A stretch of 14,663 nt of DNA from Vicinamibacteria bacterium. GTDB taxonomy: Bacteria; Acidobacteriota; Vicinamibacteria; Fen-336; JAGNNV01. The stretch lies in the NCBI GenBank assembly GCA_019694155.1, contig JAIBCN010000104.1, positions 1-14,663 on the forward strand, written 5' to 3'. The translations under genes and the position numbers were made by a program. The notes beneath the pieces are model-generated. The model was not told the DNA's origin, did not search any database, and saw only the letters and a program-made list of their open reading frames with translations. This document shows, piece after piece, positions 1 through 7,046 of this stretch (its first letter is position 1; each line of letters starts with the position of its first letter).

Positions 1-6
1 TCCGCC

Positions 7-1137
7 TCAGGCGGCCGGAGCGAGCAGCCGCTTGAACACCGCCGTCGCCCGACGCATTTCGTCGACGGTTCCGATCGAGATCCGCACCTGAGTGGTCAGT
101 CCGGGGAACGGCCGCCCGATCGCGACGTGCTCCTTGCGGCACGCCGCGCCGAACTCCGCGGCGGGCGTGCGCACATCGACGAGGATGAAGTTGGCCTCGG
201 ACGGGAAGACAGTGAATCCCAGGGTTTCGAACTCCTTCACGGTCAATGCCCGAGCGTCGCGATTGGATGAGATGCGAGCCTTCAGGACGGCGTCGTCGCC
301 CAGAGCCGCCAGCGCGGCCGCGACCGACGTGACCGCGAGAAAGTCGGACGTCGTGCGCAGGCGGAGGCGCTTGAGCGTATCCGGGTGCCCGACCGCATAT
401 CCCATCCGAAGGCCGGCGAGGCCGTAGACCTTCGAGAACGTCCGGAACACGAGAAGGCGGGGATCGCTGGCGGCGCGCGTCGCGAGACTGCGGTACTCCG
501 CCGTGCCCACGAAATGTGCGTAGGCCTCGTCGAGGATGACGACGGTCTCCGGAGACCGCTGGGCCAGTCGGTCGAGCAGGCCCTCGATGTCCTTCGTCGG
601 CAGCAACGTGGCCGTGGGGTTGTTTGGGTTGCACAGATACAGGAGCCCGGCTCCGGCGCTCGCGGCTTCGATTCCCGCGAGGTCCAGAAGCATCCTGCTG
701 TCGATCGGCACTTCGCGGACGGGGAGCTCGAGACTCCGCGCGACTGTCAGGCAGGTGTTGAAGGTCGGAACGGGCGACACGAGGTGGCGCTTCGCATCCA
801 CGAACGCAGGGACGGCGGCCTTCAGAAGCTCGCCGGACCCCGCGCCCAGGAAGATGTTGTCGCGCGTGACGCCATGGGTCTTCGCCAGGGCCTCAGCAAG
901 GTCGAAGGCGTTTCGCGGGTAGCGGTTCCCCTGGGCGAGCGCCTCCACTACTGCTTTCGACACCGCGGAACTCGGAGCCTCCGGATTCTCGTTCGAGTCG
1001 AGCCTTATGGCGAGCGGATCTGGCGGAGGCGGGACGTACGGTCGCGGCGCCTGGCTCGCGGCTTCGAGACGCCCGCCCAACATCGTGGCCGTTGCAGCGC
1101 CCAGGGATTCGACGAACCGACGTCGGGAAAGAGCCAT
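7..1137 (-). CDS. HisC-family (class II) PLP-dependent aminotransferase, histidinol-phosphate aminotransferase-like, with an N-terminal twin-arginine (TAT) signal peptide. The tracked ORF extends to 1302, but the preferred start is the ATG at 1137.
   Basis: Translation contains the HisC/CobD-family motif IRLDSNENP and the PLP-lysine motif FSKVYGLAGLRMGY. From the ATG at 1137 the N-terminus reads MALSRRRFVESLGAATATMLGGRLEAASQA: an S-R-R-x-F twin-arginine motif, a hydrophobic stretch and an AxA-like site. A GAGGAG Shine-Dalgarno (SD) sequence lies on the minus strand at 1145-1150, 7 nt upstream of that ATG. The extended start at 1302 would overlap the upstream K+ channel gene by 74 nt and adds a non-protein-like 55-aa leader. 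Confidence 0.85.
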   Translation of the reverse strand: MALSRRRFVESLGAATATMLGGRLEAASQAPRPYVPPPPDPLAIRLDSNENPEAPSSAVSKAVVEALAQGNRYPRNAFDLAEALAKTHGVTRDNIFLGAGSGELLKAAVPAFVDAKRHLVSPVPTFNTCLTVARSLELPVREVPIDSRMLLDLAGIEAASAGAGLLYLCNPNNPTATLLPTKDIEGLLDRLAQRSPETVVILDEAYAHFVGTAEYRSLATRAASDPRLLVFRTFSKVYGLAGLRMGYAVGHPDTLKRLRLRTTSDFLAVTSVAAALAALGDDAVLKARISSNRDARALTVKEFETLGFTVFPSEANFILVDVRTPAAEFGAACRKEHVAIGRPFPGLTTQVRISIGTVDEMRRATAVFKRLLAPAA

Positions 1138-1144
1138 TCGCGGT

Positions 1145-1150
1145 CTCCTC
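1145..1150 (-). promoter_or_regulatory. Shine-Dalgarno GAGGAG for the aminotransferase start at 1137
   Basis: Plus-strand ctcctc at 1145-1150 is GAGGAG on the minus strand, 7 nt before the ATG. Confidence 0.6.
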
Positions 1151-1228
1151 TCAGGAAGGTGAGCCGCGAGTCTGTCACTTTTCCGCGAAGTGTTGTGCCA
1201 GGTCAGCGAGCGCAGTCCCGGCTCGAGA

Positions 1229-2200
1229 TCAGATCGGAACCACCTCGCCGAGGCGTGAGATGTCGATGGTTGCCTGATCTCCGGAGCCCACGAAGATGTC
1301 ACGGTAACGGGCGCCGAAGACGATTTCTTCGGTTCTGTACGACGTGCGCGCGTGGACCGTCTGAGACGAGGCCTCGTCGAAGGCGGTGAGCAGGATGAAG
1401 ACCTCGGCTTGGCTCCTCGACAGAGACTCCGCGTCGAAGCCCGCGAGCGGACTCTGTGCGGTGATGGGGTGAACCACGGTCCAGTGAAGAGGAAAGAAGA
1501 CCACCCGGCTTCGCTCGAGCTCCAGGGGAACGAACTTCCGCGCCGCGCGCCCGGTCAGTGCCGGGTCGAGGAACGAGAACACCACGGTGGCGTCCACGTC
1601 CACGAGCTGCGCCGACTGCTCGTTCACCAGGCGGAACATGAAGCCCGTTCCTTCGCCGTAGGGCGCCACCACCGCCTTGTCGGCGAACCGGATGCGGGCC
1701 TGCGGCCGCGCGAATCGCGCGAAGGAGAGTCCGGTGGCGAGGGCTACGCCCAGAAGGCCCATCAAGGCTTCGACCGCCACCAGTACATTCGCCGCGAGGC
1801 CGCGCGGCGACAGCGCGCCGTACCCGATCGTGGCGAGCGTCTGGACGCTGAAGAAGAAGGCGTCGAAGAAGCGCTCGGGCAAGGTGATGGAGGTGGACCC
1901 CGCGAGCGCGCCGGGCCCGCAGGCGAGATAGGCGAGCGCGAACGCGAGGTTGGTTACGAGATAGGCAAGCGCCAGCAGCCCGTAGAACGTGGGCCAACGG
2001 CAGCTCACGAGCGTGTGGTACAGGTTGAGGGAACGCCACCAGGGAAGCCCGAGCCTGACGACGTTGAAGGTTCCATCGCGGTTCAGGAATCGCGACTGGC
2101 TCCGCTCGAGAACGCGCGAGCCGAATCCGAGATCCTTCAGGTCCTGCGTCCTGGGGGCAGAGGAGCTGCCGGGCGCTTCCGGCTTCGAGGTGTCGCTCAT
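1229..2200 (-). CDS. Inward-rectifier potassium channel, KirBac family
   Basis: 323 aa. Two transmembrane helices flank a pore helix with the K+ selectivity filter TIGYG (FFFSVQTLATIGYGAL). Next comes LSFARFARPQARIRFADKAVV and a C-terminal cytoplasmic beta-rich domain. Length and architecture match KirBac1.1-type channels. No obvious SD sequence before the ATG at 2200. Confidence 0.88.
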   Translation of the reverse strand: MSDTSKPEAPGSSSAPRTQDLKDLGFGSRVLERSQSRFLNRDGTFNVVRLGLPWWRSLNLYHTLVSCRWPTFYGLLALAYLVTNLAFALAYLACGPGALAGSTSITLPERFFDAFFFSVQTLATIGYGALSPRGLAANVLVAVEALMGLLGVALATGLSFARFARPQARIRFADKAVVAPYGEGTGFMFRLVNEQSAQLVDVDATVVFSFLDPALTGRAARKFVPLELERSRVVFFPLHWTVVHPITAQSPLAGFDAESLSRSQAEVFILLTAFDEASSQTVHARTSYRTEEIVFGARYRDIFVGSGDQATIDISRLGEVVPI

Positions 2201-2384
2201 CGTGGAGAGAACGATAGCGAAACCAGTGCGAAGGACGTCCGGCCCTTCGAAGCTTCCCCACCACGGCTGAACGGGCGCAACAAGCCCTCCGCCTCAAGTA
2301 CGATTCACTCCGTCACGGGCGACCTTTCGAATCGGCCTCCCCATCCATCAACGGCGAACTCCCAACGACAGACGGAGCACGAAA

Positions 2385-4448
2385 GTGGAATTCATTCAGG
2401 CGCACCCTGGCTTGGTCGGCGGCATCGTCGCCCTCATCCTCCTGGCTCTCTTCTGGAGGGCTATCCTTTGGGTCTTCGGCGTGATCATCGTTCCCGACGA
2501 CAGCATCGGGACCGTGACCAAGAAGTTCGTCCTCTTCGGCAGCCACCGCAATCTCCCGGACGGGCAGATCATCGCCCTCGAGGGCGAGGCGGGGTATCAG
2601 GCGGACACGCTCTCCCCCGGCCTGCACATGGGCCTGTGGCCGTGGCAATACTCGGTCGACCTCGTGAAGTTCACCCTCATCCCCCACGGGAAGATCGGCG
2701 TGGTGCAGGCGTGCGACGGCAGGCCGCTGCCGAGCGGTCGCATCATCGCCCGCGATGTCGACTGCAACTACTTCCAGGACGCGCGGGCCTTCCTGAAGGG
2801 CGGCGGAGAGCGCGGCCCGCAGATGAAGGTGATCCCGCCCGGAGCCTTCCGCATCAATCCCCTCTTGTTCACGGTGAAGCTCGCGGAAGCGACGGAGATC
2901 CCCCAGGGCAAGCTTGGCGTGGTGGAAGCGCATGACGGCAGCCTGCTGCCCGTCGGACGCGTCATCGCGAAAGGAATCGAGTGCGATTCCTACCAGAACG
3001 CGAAAGCGTTCTTCGATCACGGAGGGGAGCGGGGCCCGCAGATGAAGGTCATCCCGCCCGGAAACTACCGGATCAACCCGATCCTGTTCGACGTGCGCCT
3101 GGAAGACGTGGTCGATATCCCCGAGAACAAGATCGGCGTGGTCACGGCCAAGGAGGGCATGCCGCTGCCCACCGGCGAGATCGCGGGCGGAGAGATCGAG
3201 GGGCACAACATGTTCCAGGACCCCGACAAGTTCATCGCCAACGGCGGCTACAAGGGCCTGCAGGAACAGGTTCTGCTCGCGGGCCGCTACTTCCTGAATC
3301 CCCGCTTCGTCACTGTGGAAATCGTGGAGATGTCCACGGTGCCGATCGCCAACGTCGGCGTGGTCATCGCGTACATCGGGAAGGAAGGCAAGGACGTCAC
3401 GGGCGACACCTTCAAGCACGGGAACCTGGTCTCCCGCGGCGAGAAGGGGGTGTGGGTCGATCCCCTCGATCCCGGCAAGTACCCGATCAACCCCAACACC
3501 CACAAGGTGGTGAACGTCCCTACCGCGAACGTGGTGCTCAACTGGGCGACGGGCAAGACCGAGGCCCATCGCCTCGACGCGAACCTGTCGACCATCACCG
3601 TGCGCTCGGCCGACGGCTTCAAGTTCAATCTCGACGTGTCGCAGATCATCCATATTCCGCGCAACGACGCGCCCAAGGTGATCGCCCGCTTCGGCGACAT
3701 GAGCGCTCTCGTCACTCAGGTCCTGGAGCCGACCATCGGCAACTACTTTCGCAACGCCGCCCAGGGCAGCGACATCATCGAATTCCTGAAGAACCGCTCG
3801 ACCCGCCAGGCCGAAGCGAGAGAAGCGATCTCCACCGCTCTTACCGAGTACAACGTGGGCGCGGTCGATACGCTGATCGGCGACATCGTGCCGCCCGAGG
3901 AGCTGATGCGCACCCTGACCGATCGGAAGATCGCGGAGCAGGAGCGCGTGACCTACGAGACCCAGCGGCAGGCTCAGACCGTGCGTCAGGAGCTGCAGCA
4001 GGCGACCGCTCTCGCCGACACTCAGGCCCGCGTGGTCGACGCGGAACGGAAGGTCACGATCGCCGGCTTCGAGGCGAACGCCGCCATCAAGTTCGCGGAG
4101 GGCAACGCGAAGTCCAAGACCATCAATGCCGAAGCCGACGCCACCGTCCTGCGCACGGTGGGCGAGGCCGAGGGCTCGAAGATCAAGGCGGTGGGCGGAG
4201 CGGAGGCCGAGGTCATCCGGCTGAAGGTGTCGTCCATGGAAGCGGGCAACTTCGCGGTGGTGCAGGTCGCGGAGGCGCTTGCCAAGGGCGGGGTCAAGAT
4301 CGTGCCCGACATCGTGGCCGGCGGCGACGGGGGCGGCGCGGGCAACGGCCTCGTGAATGTGCTTCTCGGAAACATGCTCTATCAGGATCGGGTGGGCCGT
4401 CAGACCGCGAAGGAGAAACCGGGCGAACGGCCGGATTCGGCTCGATAG
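2385..4448 (+). CDS. Flotillin-like SPFH/Band-7 family membrane protein with an expanded tandem-repeat N-terminal region. Apparent GTG start.
   Basis: N-terminal transmembrane helix (GGIVALILLALFWRAILWVFGVIIV). SPFH-type start (IALEGEAGYQADTLSPGLH). Band-7 beta-core ITVRSADGFKFNLDVSQIIHI. Flotillin-type C-terminal coiled-coil with an Ala/Glu-rich segment (AEQERVTYETQRQAQTVRQELQQATALADTQARVV ... AEADATVLRTVGEAEGSKIKAVGGAEAEVIRLK) and a Gly-rich tail. The codon at 2385 is GTG, preceded by GGAG at 2373-2376. There is no in-frame ATG before the transmembrane segment. Confidence 0.82.
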   Translation: MEFIQAHPGLVGGIVALILLALFWRAILWVFGVIIVPDDSIGTVTKKFVLFGSHRNLPDGQIIALEGEAGYQADTLSPGLHMGLWPWQYSVDLVKFTLIPHGKIGVVQACDGRPLPSGRIIARDVDCNYFQDARAFLKGGGERGPQMKVIPPGAFRINPLLFTVKLAEATEIPQGKLGVVEAHDGSLLPVGRVIAKGIECDSYQNAKAFFDHGGERGPQMKVIPPGNYRINPILFDVRLEDVVDIPENKIGVVTAKEGMPLPTGEIAGGEIEGHNMFQDPDKFIANGGYKGLQEQVLLAGRYFLNPRFVTVEIVEMSTVPIANVGVVIAYIGKEGKDVTGDTFKHGNLVSRGEKGVWVDPLDPGKYPINPNTHKVVNVPTANVVLNWATGKTEAHRLDANLSTITVRSADGFKFNLDVSQIIHIPRNDAPKVIARFGDMSALVTQVLEPTIGNYFRNAAQGSDIIEFLKNRSTRQAEAREAISTALTEYNVGAVDTLIGDIVPPEELMRTLTDRKIAEQERVTYETQRQAQTVRQELQQATALADTQARVVDAERKVTIAGFEANAAIKFAEGNAKSKTINAEADATVLRTVGEAEGSKIKAVGGAEAEVIRLKVSSMEAGNFAVVQVAEALAKGGVKIVPDIVAGGDGGGAGNGLVNVLLGNMLYQDRVGRQTAKEKPGERPDSAR
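2592..3509 (+). repeat. Intragenic tandem repeats inside the flotillin gene. Unit is about 219 nt (73 aa), 4 full copies plus a shorter fifth.
   Basis: The protein motif P-G-x-[FY]-x-[IL]-N-P recurs at aa 78, 152, 225, 299 and 363 (PGLHMGLWP, PGAFRINP, PGNYRINP, AGRYFLNP, PGKYPINP). Each is followed by [IV]P-x-[GN]K[IL]GVV and a G-[RE]-[IV]-IA segment. At DNA level 2802-2843 and 3021-3062 are 38/42 identical (gagcgcggcccgcagatgaaggtgatcccgcccgga versus gagcggggcccgcagatgaaggtcatcccgcccgga), offset exactly 219 nt. Confidence 0.8.
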
Positions 4449-4506
4449 TAGATCTCCGGAAGGGCTCCTCGACAGCATGACGCGCGCCACCGGGGTTCCA
4501 TCGATG

Positions 4507-4527
4507 AAGGAGCGCATGAGGCTCCTT
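4507..4527. terminator. GC-rich hairpin between the convergent flotillin and MFS genes (AAGGAGC-gcatgag-GCTCCTT). Possible U-tract-less bidirectional terminator.
   Basis: Perfect 7-bp inverted repeat at 4507-4513 and 4521-4527 with a 7-nt loop, in the 119-bp convergent spacer. No U-run on either strand. Confidence 0.3.
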
Positions 4528-4567
4528 GCCGTGCTGAAGAACCCGTAAGCCGGAGAACGCCGCGAGG

Positions 4568-5803
4568 CTACTCGGCGCTTTTGGGCTGGGCGCTCGTCTC
4601 TGCTGCCGCCGTCCCGCGCGCGAGCACGATGGCGCTCGTGACCGCGAGCGCCGCCGATGCGAGGAAGGGCGCCCCGGGGAATCGCGGCGCCGCCGCGGGG
4701 CTCGCGAAGTGCGCGAACAGCTGGGTCAGGACGGGCGGCCCGATGATCGAGGCGAGACTCGAGACGCTCGCAAGGCCCCCTTGCAGCTCGCCTTGCGCGG
4801 AGGGCGGAATGCGCTGCGACATCATCGCGTTCAGCGACGGCCAGGCGAGTCCCGCGAACGCCCAGCCCGCGATCCCGAAGTAGATCATCCATCCCACGGG
4901 AGCGAACGCGTACCAGGCGTACACGCACGCCCCCGCGAGCAGGCCCGCGAGCGCCGAGCGACGTTCACCGCCGAGCTTCGGAATGAGGGCGCGGGTCAGG
5001 AACCCCTGGCTGATCGCCATCACGATCCCCGCCGCGGCGAGGGACGCGCCCACGGCGGTGGTGGTCCACTGGAACTTCTCCATCGTGTAGAAGGCCCAGA
5101 CGCTCGGCAAGACCTGATGGCCGACCTGCCAGAGAAACGCCGCCGTCGCGATCGTGATGACGGCCGGGTACTTGCGCATCTGACGCAGGGTTCCCATGGG
5201 GTGAGCGCGCGACCAGTCGAAGGGACGGCGTGATTCCGGCGGCAGCGATTCGGGCAGGGCGAAGGCGCCGAACGTCACATTGAGGAGCGAGAACGTGGCG
5301 GCGACGAAGAAGGGAACGCGCGGCCCGAAGGAGCCGAGAAGCCCGCCGATCGCCGGCCCCGCGATGAAGCCGACCCCGAAGGCCGCCCCGGCGATTCCGA
5401 AGTTCTGTGCTCGTCGATCCGGAGGGCTGATATCGGCGAGGTAGGCGTAGGCCGGCCCGAAGGAAGCGCCCGCGACGCCCGAGATGAAACGGCCGAGGAA
5501 CAGCCACTCGATGCGCGGGGCCAGGCCCATCACGATGTAGTCGAGTCCGAGCGCCAGCAGGGAGAAGAGCAGCACCGGCCGGCGGCCATAACGGTCGCTC
5601 AGGTTTCCGAGGAGCGGCGCGCAGAAGAACTGAACCGCTGCGAACACGAAGCCGAGCCAGCCGCCATAGCGTGCCGCGGCGTCGAGCGGCTCGCCCGTCA
5701 GTTGCATGATCAGCGCGGGCAGCACCGGCATGATGAGGCCGAAGCCGATGGTGTCGATCAGCAGCGTGATGAAGATGAAGGTGACCGCCCGCTTATTCGT
5801 CAT
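4568..5803 (-). CDS. MFS transporter, TetA/TCR-family drug:H+ antiporter-like efflux pump
   Basis: 411 aa, about 12 predicted transmembrane helices. MFS motif A GNLSDRYGRRPVLL after TM2. N-terminus MTNKRAVTFIFITLLIDTIGFGLIMPVLP is typical of Tet(A)-class pumps. Confidence 0.88.
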   Translation of the reverse strand: MTNKRAVTFIFITLLIDTIGFGLIMPVLPALIMQLTGEPLDAAARYGGWLGFVFAAVQFFCAPLLGNLSDRYGRRPVLLFSLLALGLDYIVMGLAPRIEWLFLGRFISGVAGASFGPAYAYLADISPPDRRAQNFGIAGAAFGVGFIAGPAIGGLLGSFGPRVPFFVAATFSLLNVTFGAFALPESLPPESRRPFDWSRAHPMGTLRQMRKYPAVITIATAAFLWQVGHQVLPSVWAFYTMEKFQWTTTAVGASLAAAGIVMAISQGFLTRALIPKLGGERRSALAGLLAGACVYAWYAFAPVGWMIYFGIAGWAFAGLAWPSLNAMMSQRIPPSAQGELQGGLASVSSLASIIGPPVLTQLFAHFASPAAAPRFPGAPFLASAALAVTSAIVLARGTAAAETSAQPKSAE

Positions 5804-5831
5804 CTTTCACCGCGGGCAGGAGGGCCGAGGC

Positions 5832-6866
5832 TCAGAACGTCTGGGAGAACCCCGCGAGGATGTCCACGCGGGGCTTCAGCTGCGCGTCGTTCACGCGCGT
5901 GGCGACGGGGATCTTCGCGAACATGTACGCCCCCACCCCCGGACTGAGCCGCATGCGGGCTCCCGGGGTGAACGTCCAGGTGCGCAGGCCGGTGGCCGGC
6001 ACGGCATTCGCGAGATAGGTGTCCCTCGCGCTCGCATGGAAGCCGACCTGGGCGGAGAGGCGCAGGCGGCCCGGGGTGGCGCGAACGACCCCCGCGGCGA
6101 GCGAGATCTGGTTGCCGAAGTGATAGTGGAGATCGTTCGTCCCGTTGACGCCGCCCCAGGCGCCGAGGGAGGCGCTCCACTCGGAGTCGCGGATGCGGCG
6201 TTGGTACTGCGCGGCGCCCACCGCGTCCCAGGACCCGCTGCCGGGTTGAAGGTCGGGCCGGTCGATCGACCCGAAGGAATCCCTGACCTTGTGCTCGCCG
6301 GTGGGAGCCTTCACCCCCAGGCGCACGACGAGGGAGTGGCGGGAGGTCGTGAAAGCGGCGAGGGCGGCCCCGACCTGGAGATCCCCCACTCCTTTGCCGC
6401 CATGCGACGTGGGCGAGGAAGCGAGACCGGCCTCACCGCCCGCGGCGTTCGAGGGACCGTGCAGGTTGTGGGATGTCCCGACGTTTCCTTGAAGGTCGAA
6501 CTGCTCGTGCGCGCGGTCGGTCAGCAACGGCAGTGACAGATTGAAGGTGACCCTGGATGAAACCCCATAGCCCACGTCGACCTGAAGCAGCGAGTGGCGC
6601 ATCGAAACATCAGAGTGATGCCCGGTGAGGACGATCTGCCGCTCGAAGTCGATCAGCGGAGCCGCGGGGCGCGAGTCGCCGGGGCCAGCCCCGACGAGAC
6701 CGTTCTGGCGCATGAAGCGGTAGCCGAAATCCAGGCTCCAGACTCCCTTGCTCTTCACGGAATCCTGGCTCTGGGTGACGAGAGGGCAGTTGGCGTTGCC
6801 GCAGGGGAAAGCGGCGGAGGCGATCAAGGTCAGGGCAGCGCCCAGAGAGAAGGACCGGGATGTCAT
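5832..6866 (-). CDS. Outer-membrane beta-barrel protein with a signal peptide and C-terminal Phe; family unassigned. This is the real 3' part of the 821-aa tracked ORF.
   Basis: From the ATG at 6866: MTSRSFSLGAALTLIASAAFPCGNANC (Sec signal peptide). A 344-aa protein with alternating amphipathic strands, Gly/Ser-rich loops and a C-terminal ...ILAGFSQTF, the aromatic terminal residue typical of beta-barrel assembly (BAM) substrates. The ORF upstream of 6866 is antisense to fhs and is not coding. Stop at 5832, only 28 nt before the MFS start. Confidence 0.6.
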   Translation of the reverse strand: MTSRSFSLGAALTLIASAAFPCGNANCPLVTQSQDSVKSKGVWSLDFGYRFMRQNGLVGAGPGDSRPAAPLIDFERQIVLTGHHSDVSMRHSLLQVDVGYGVSSRVTFNLSLPLLTDRAHEQFDLQGNVGTSHNLHGPSNAAGGEAGLASSPTSHGGKGVGDLQVGAALAAFTTSRHSLVVRLGVKAPTGEHKVRDSFGSIDRPDLQPGSGSWDAVGAAQYQRRIRDSEWSASLGAWGGVNGTNDLHYHFGNQISLAAGVVRATPGRLRLSAQVGFHASARDTYLANAVPATGLRTWTFTPGARMRLSPGVGAYMFAKIPVATRVNDAQLKPRVDILAGFSQTF

Positions 6867-7031
6867 ACTGTCTTCGCCCGCCAAGGTCCGGCCAGTATAC
6901 GGTCGCGTCCTGGGCGGCCGGGCAGCCGGGCAGCCCGCCCCCGCGAGGCAATGATGCGATCGGCCCATCGACACCCCCCTCCCCGACTGGTCTAGGCTCT
7001 TCCCAGGCGACCCTCGCCCCAAACCACCAAC

Positions 7032-7037
7032 AAGGAG
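7032..7037 (+). promoter_or_regulatory. Shine-Dalgarno AAGGAG for fhs
   Basis: AAGGAG lies 9 nt upstream of the ATG at 7047. Confidence 0.6.
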
Positions 7038-7046
7038 TCCTCCCCC

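Noticed and set aside
2-14. Palindrome CCGCC-tca-GGCGG spanning the aminotransferase stop codon at the window edge
   Set aside because: It is truncated by the window boundary. I cannot see whether a terminator follows, and it is too short to interpret.
1161-1228. Putative promoter TGACAG-N17-CTGAGA between the K+ channel and aminotransferase genes
   Set aside because: The -10 element is poor. It cannot be distinguished from read-through transcription from the channel gene without transcription-start data.
2318-2335. TTCGAATC, a tRNA T-loop-like heptamer, in the KirBac/flotillin divergent spacer
   Set aside because: The flanking bases cannot form a 5-bp T-stem and no acceptor or anticodon arms are evident. 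It is a chance match.
4507-4548. A mini-ORF, AAGGAG-cgc-ATG-AGG... encoding MRLLAVLKNP, embedded in the hairpin between the flotillin and MFS genes
   Set aside because: The spacing from SD sequence to ATG is only 3 nt and the peptide is 10 aa. The AAGGAG is more simply one arm of the inverted repeat.
2313-4928. An 871-aa ORF on the minus strand, plus a 499-aa +1-frame ORF at 2981-4480, both overlapping the flotillin gene
   Set aside because: Both are antisense or alternate-frame to a gene with clear family motifs. The translations are Arg/Gly/His/Asp-rich low-complexity sequence with no motifs. This is the usual stop-codon-poor artefact of GC3-rich coding DNA. The same holds for 7250-8104(-), 7631-8872(+), 10615-12006(-), 10725-12656(+), 12532-13848(+), 385-1389(+) and 1299-2297(-).
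6917-6937. Tandem octamer gccgggca-gccgggca in the outer-membrane-protein/fhs spacer
   Set aside because: Two copies of a GC-rich 8-mer in 70% GC DNA are within chance expectation. No further periodicity.
6867-7046. Possible ZTP or THF riboswitch ahead of fhs
   Set aside because: The conserved elements are not present in the correct 5'-to-3' order and there is no downstream pseudoknot hairpin. See the fhs-leader finding.
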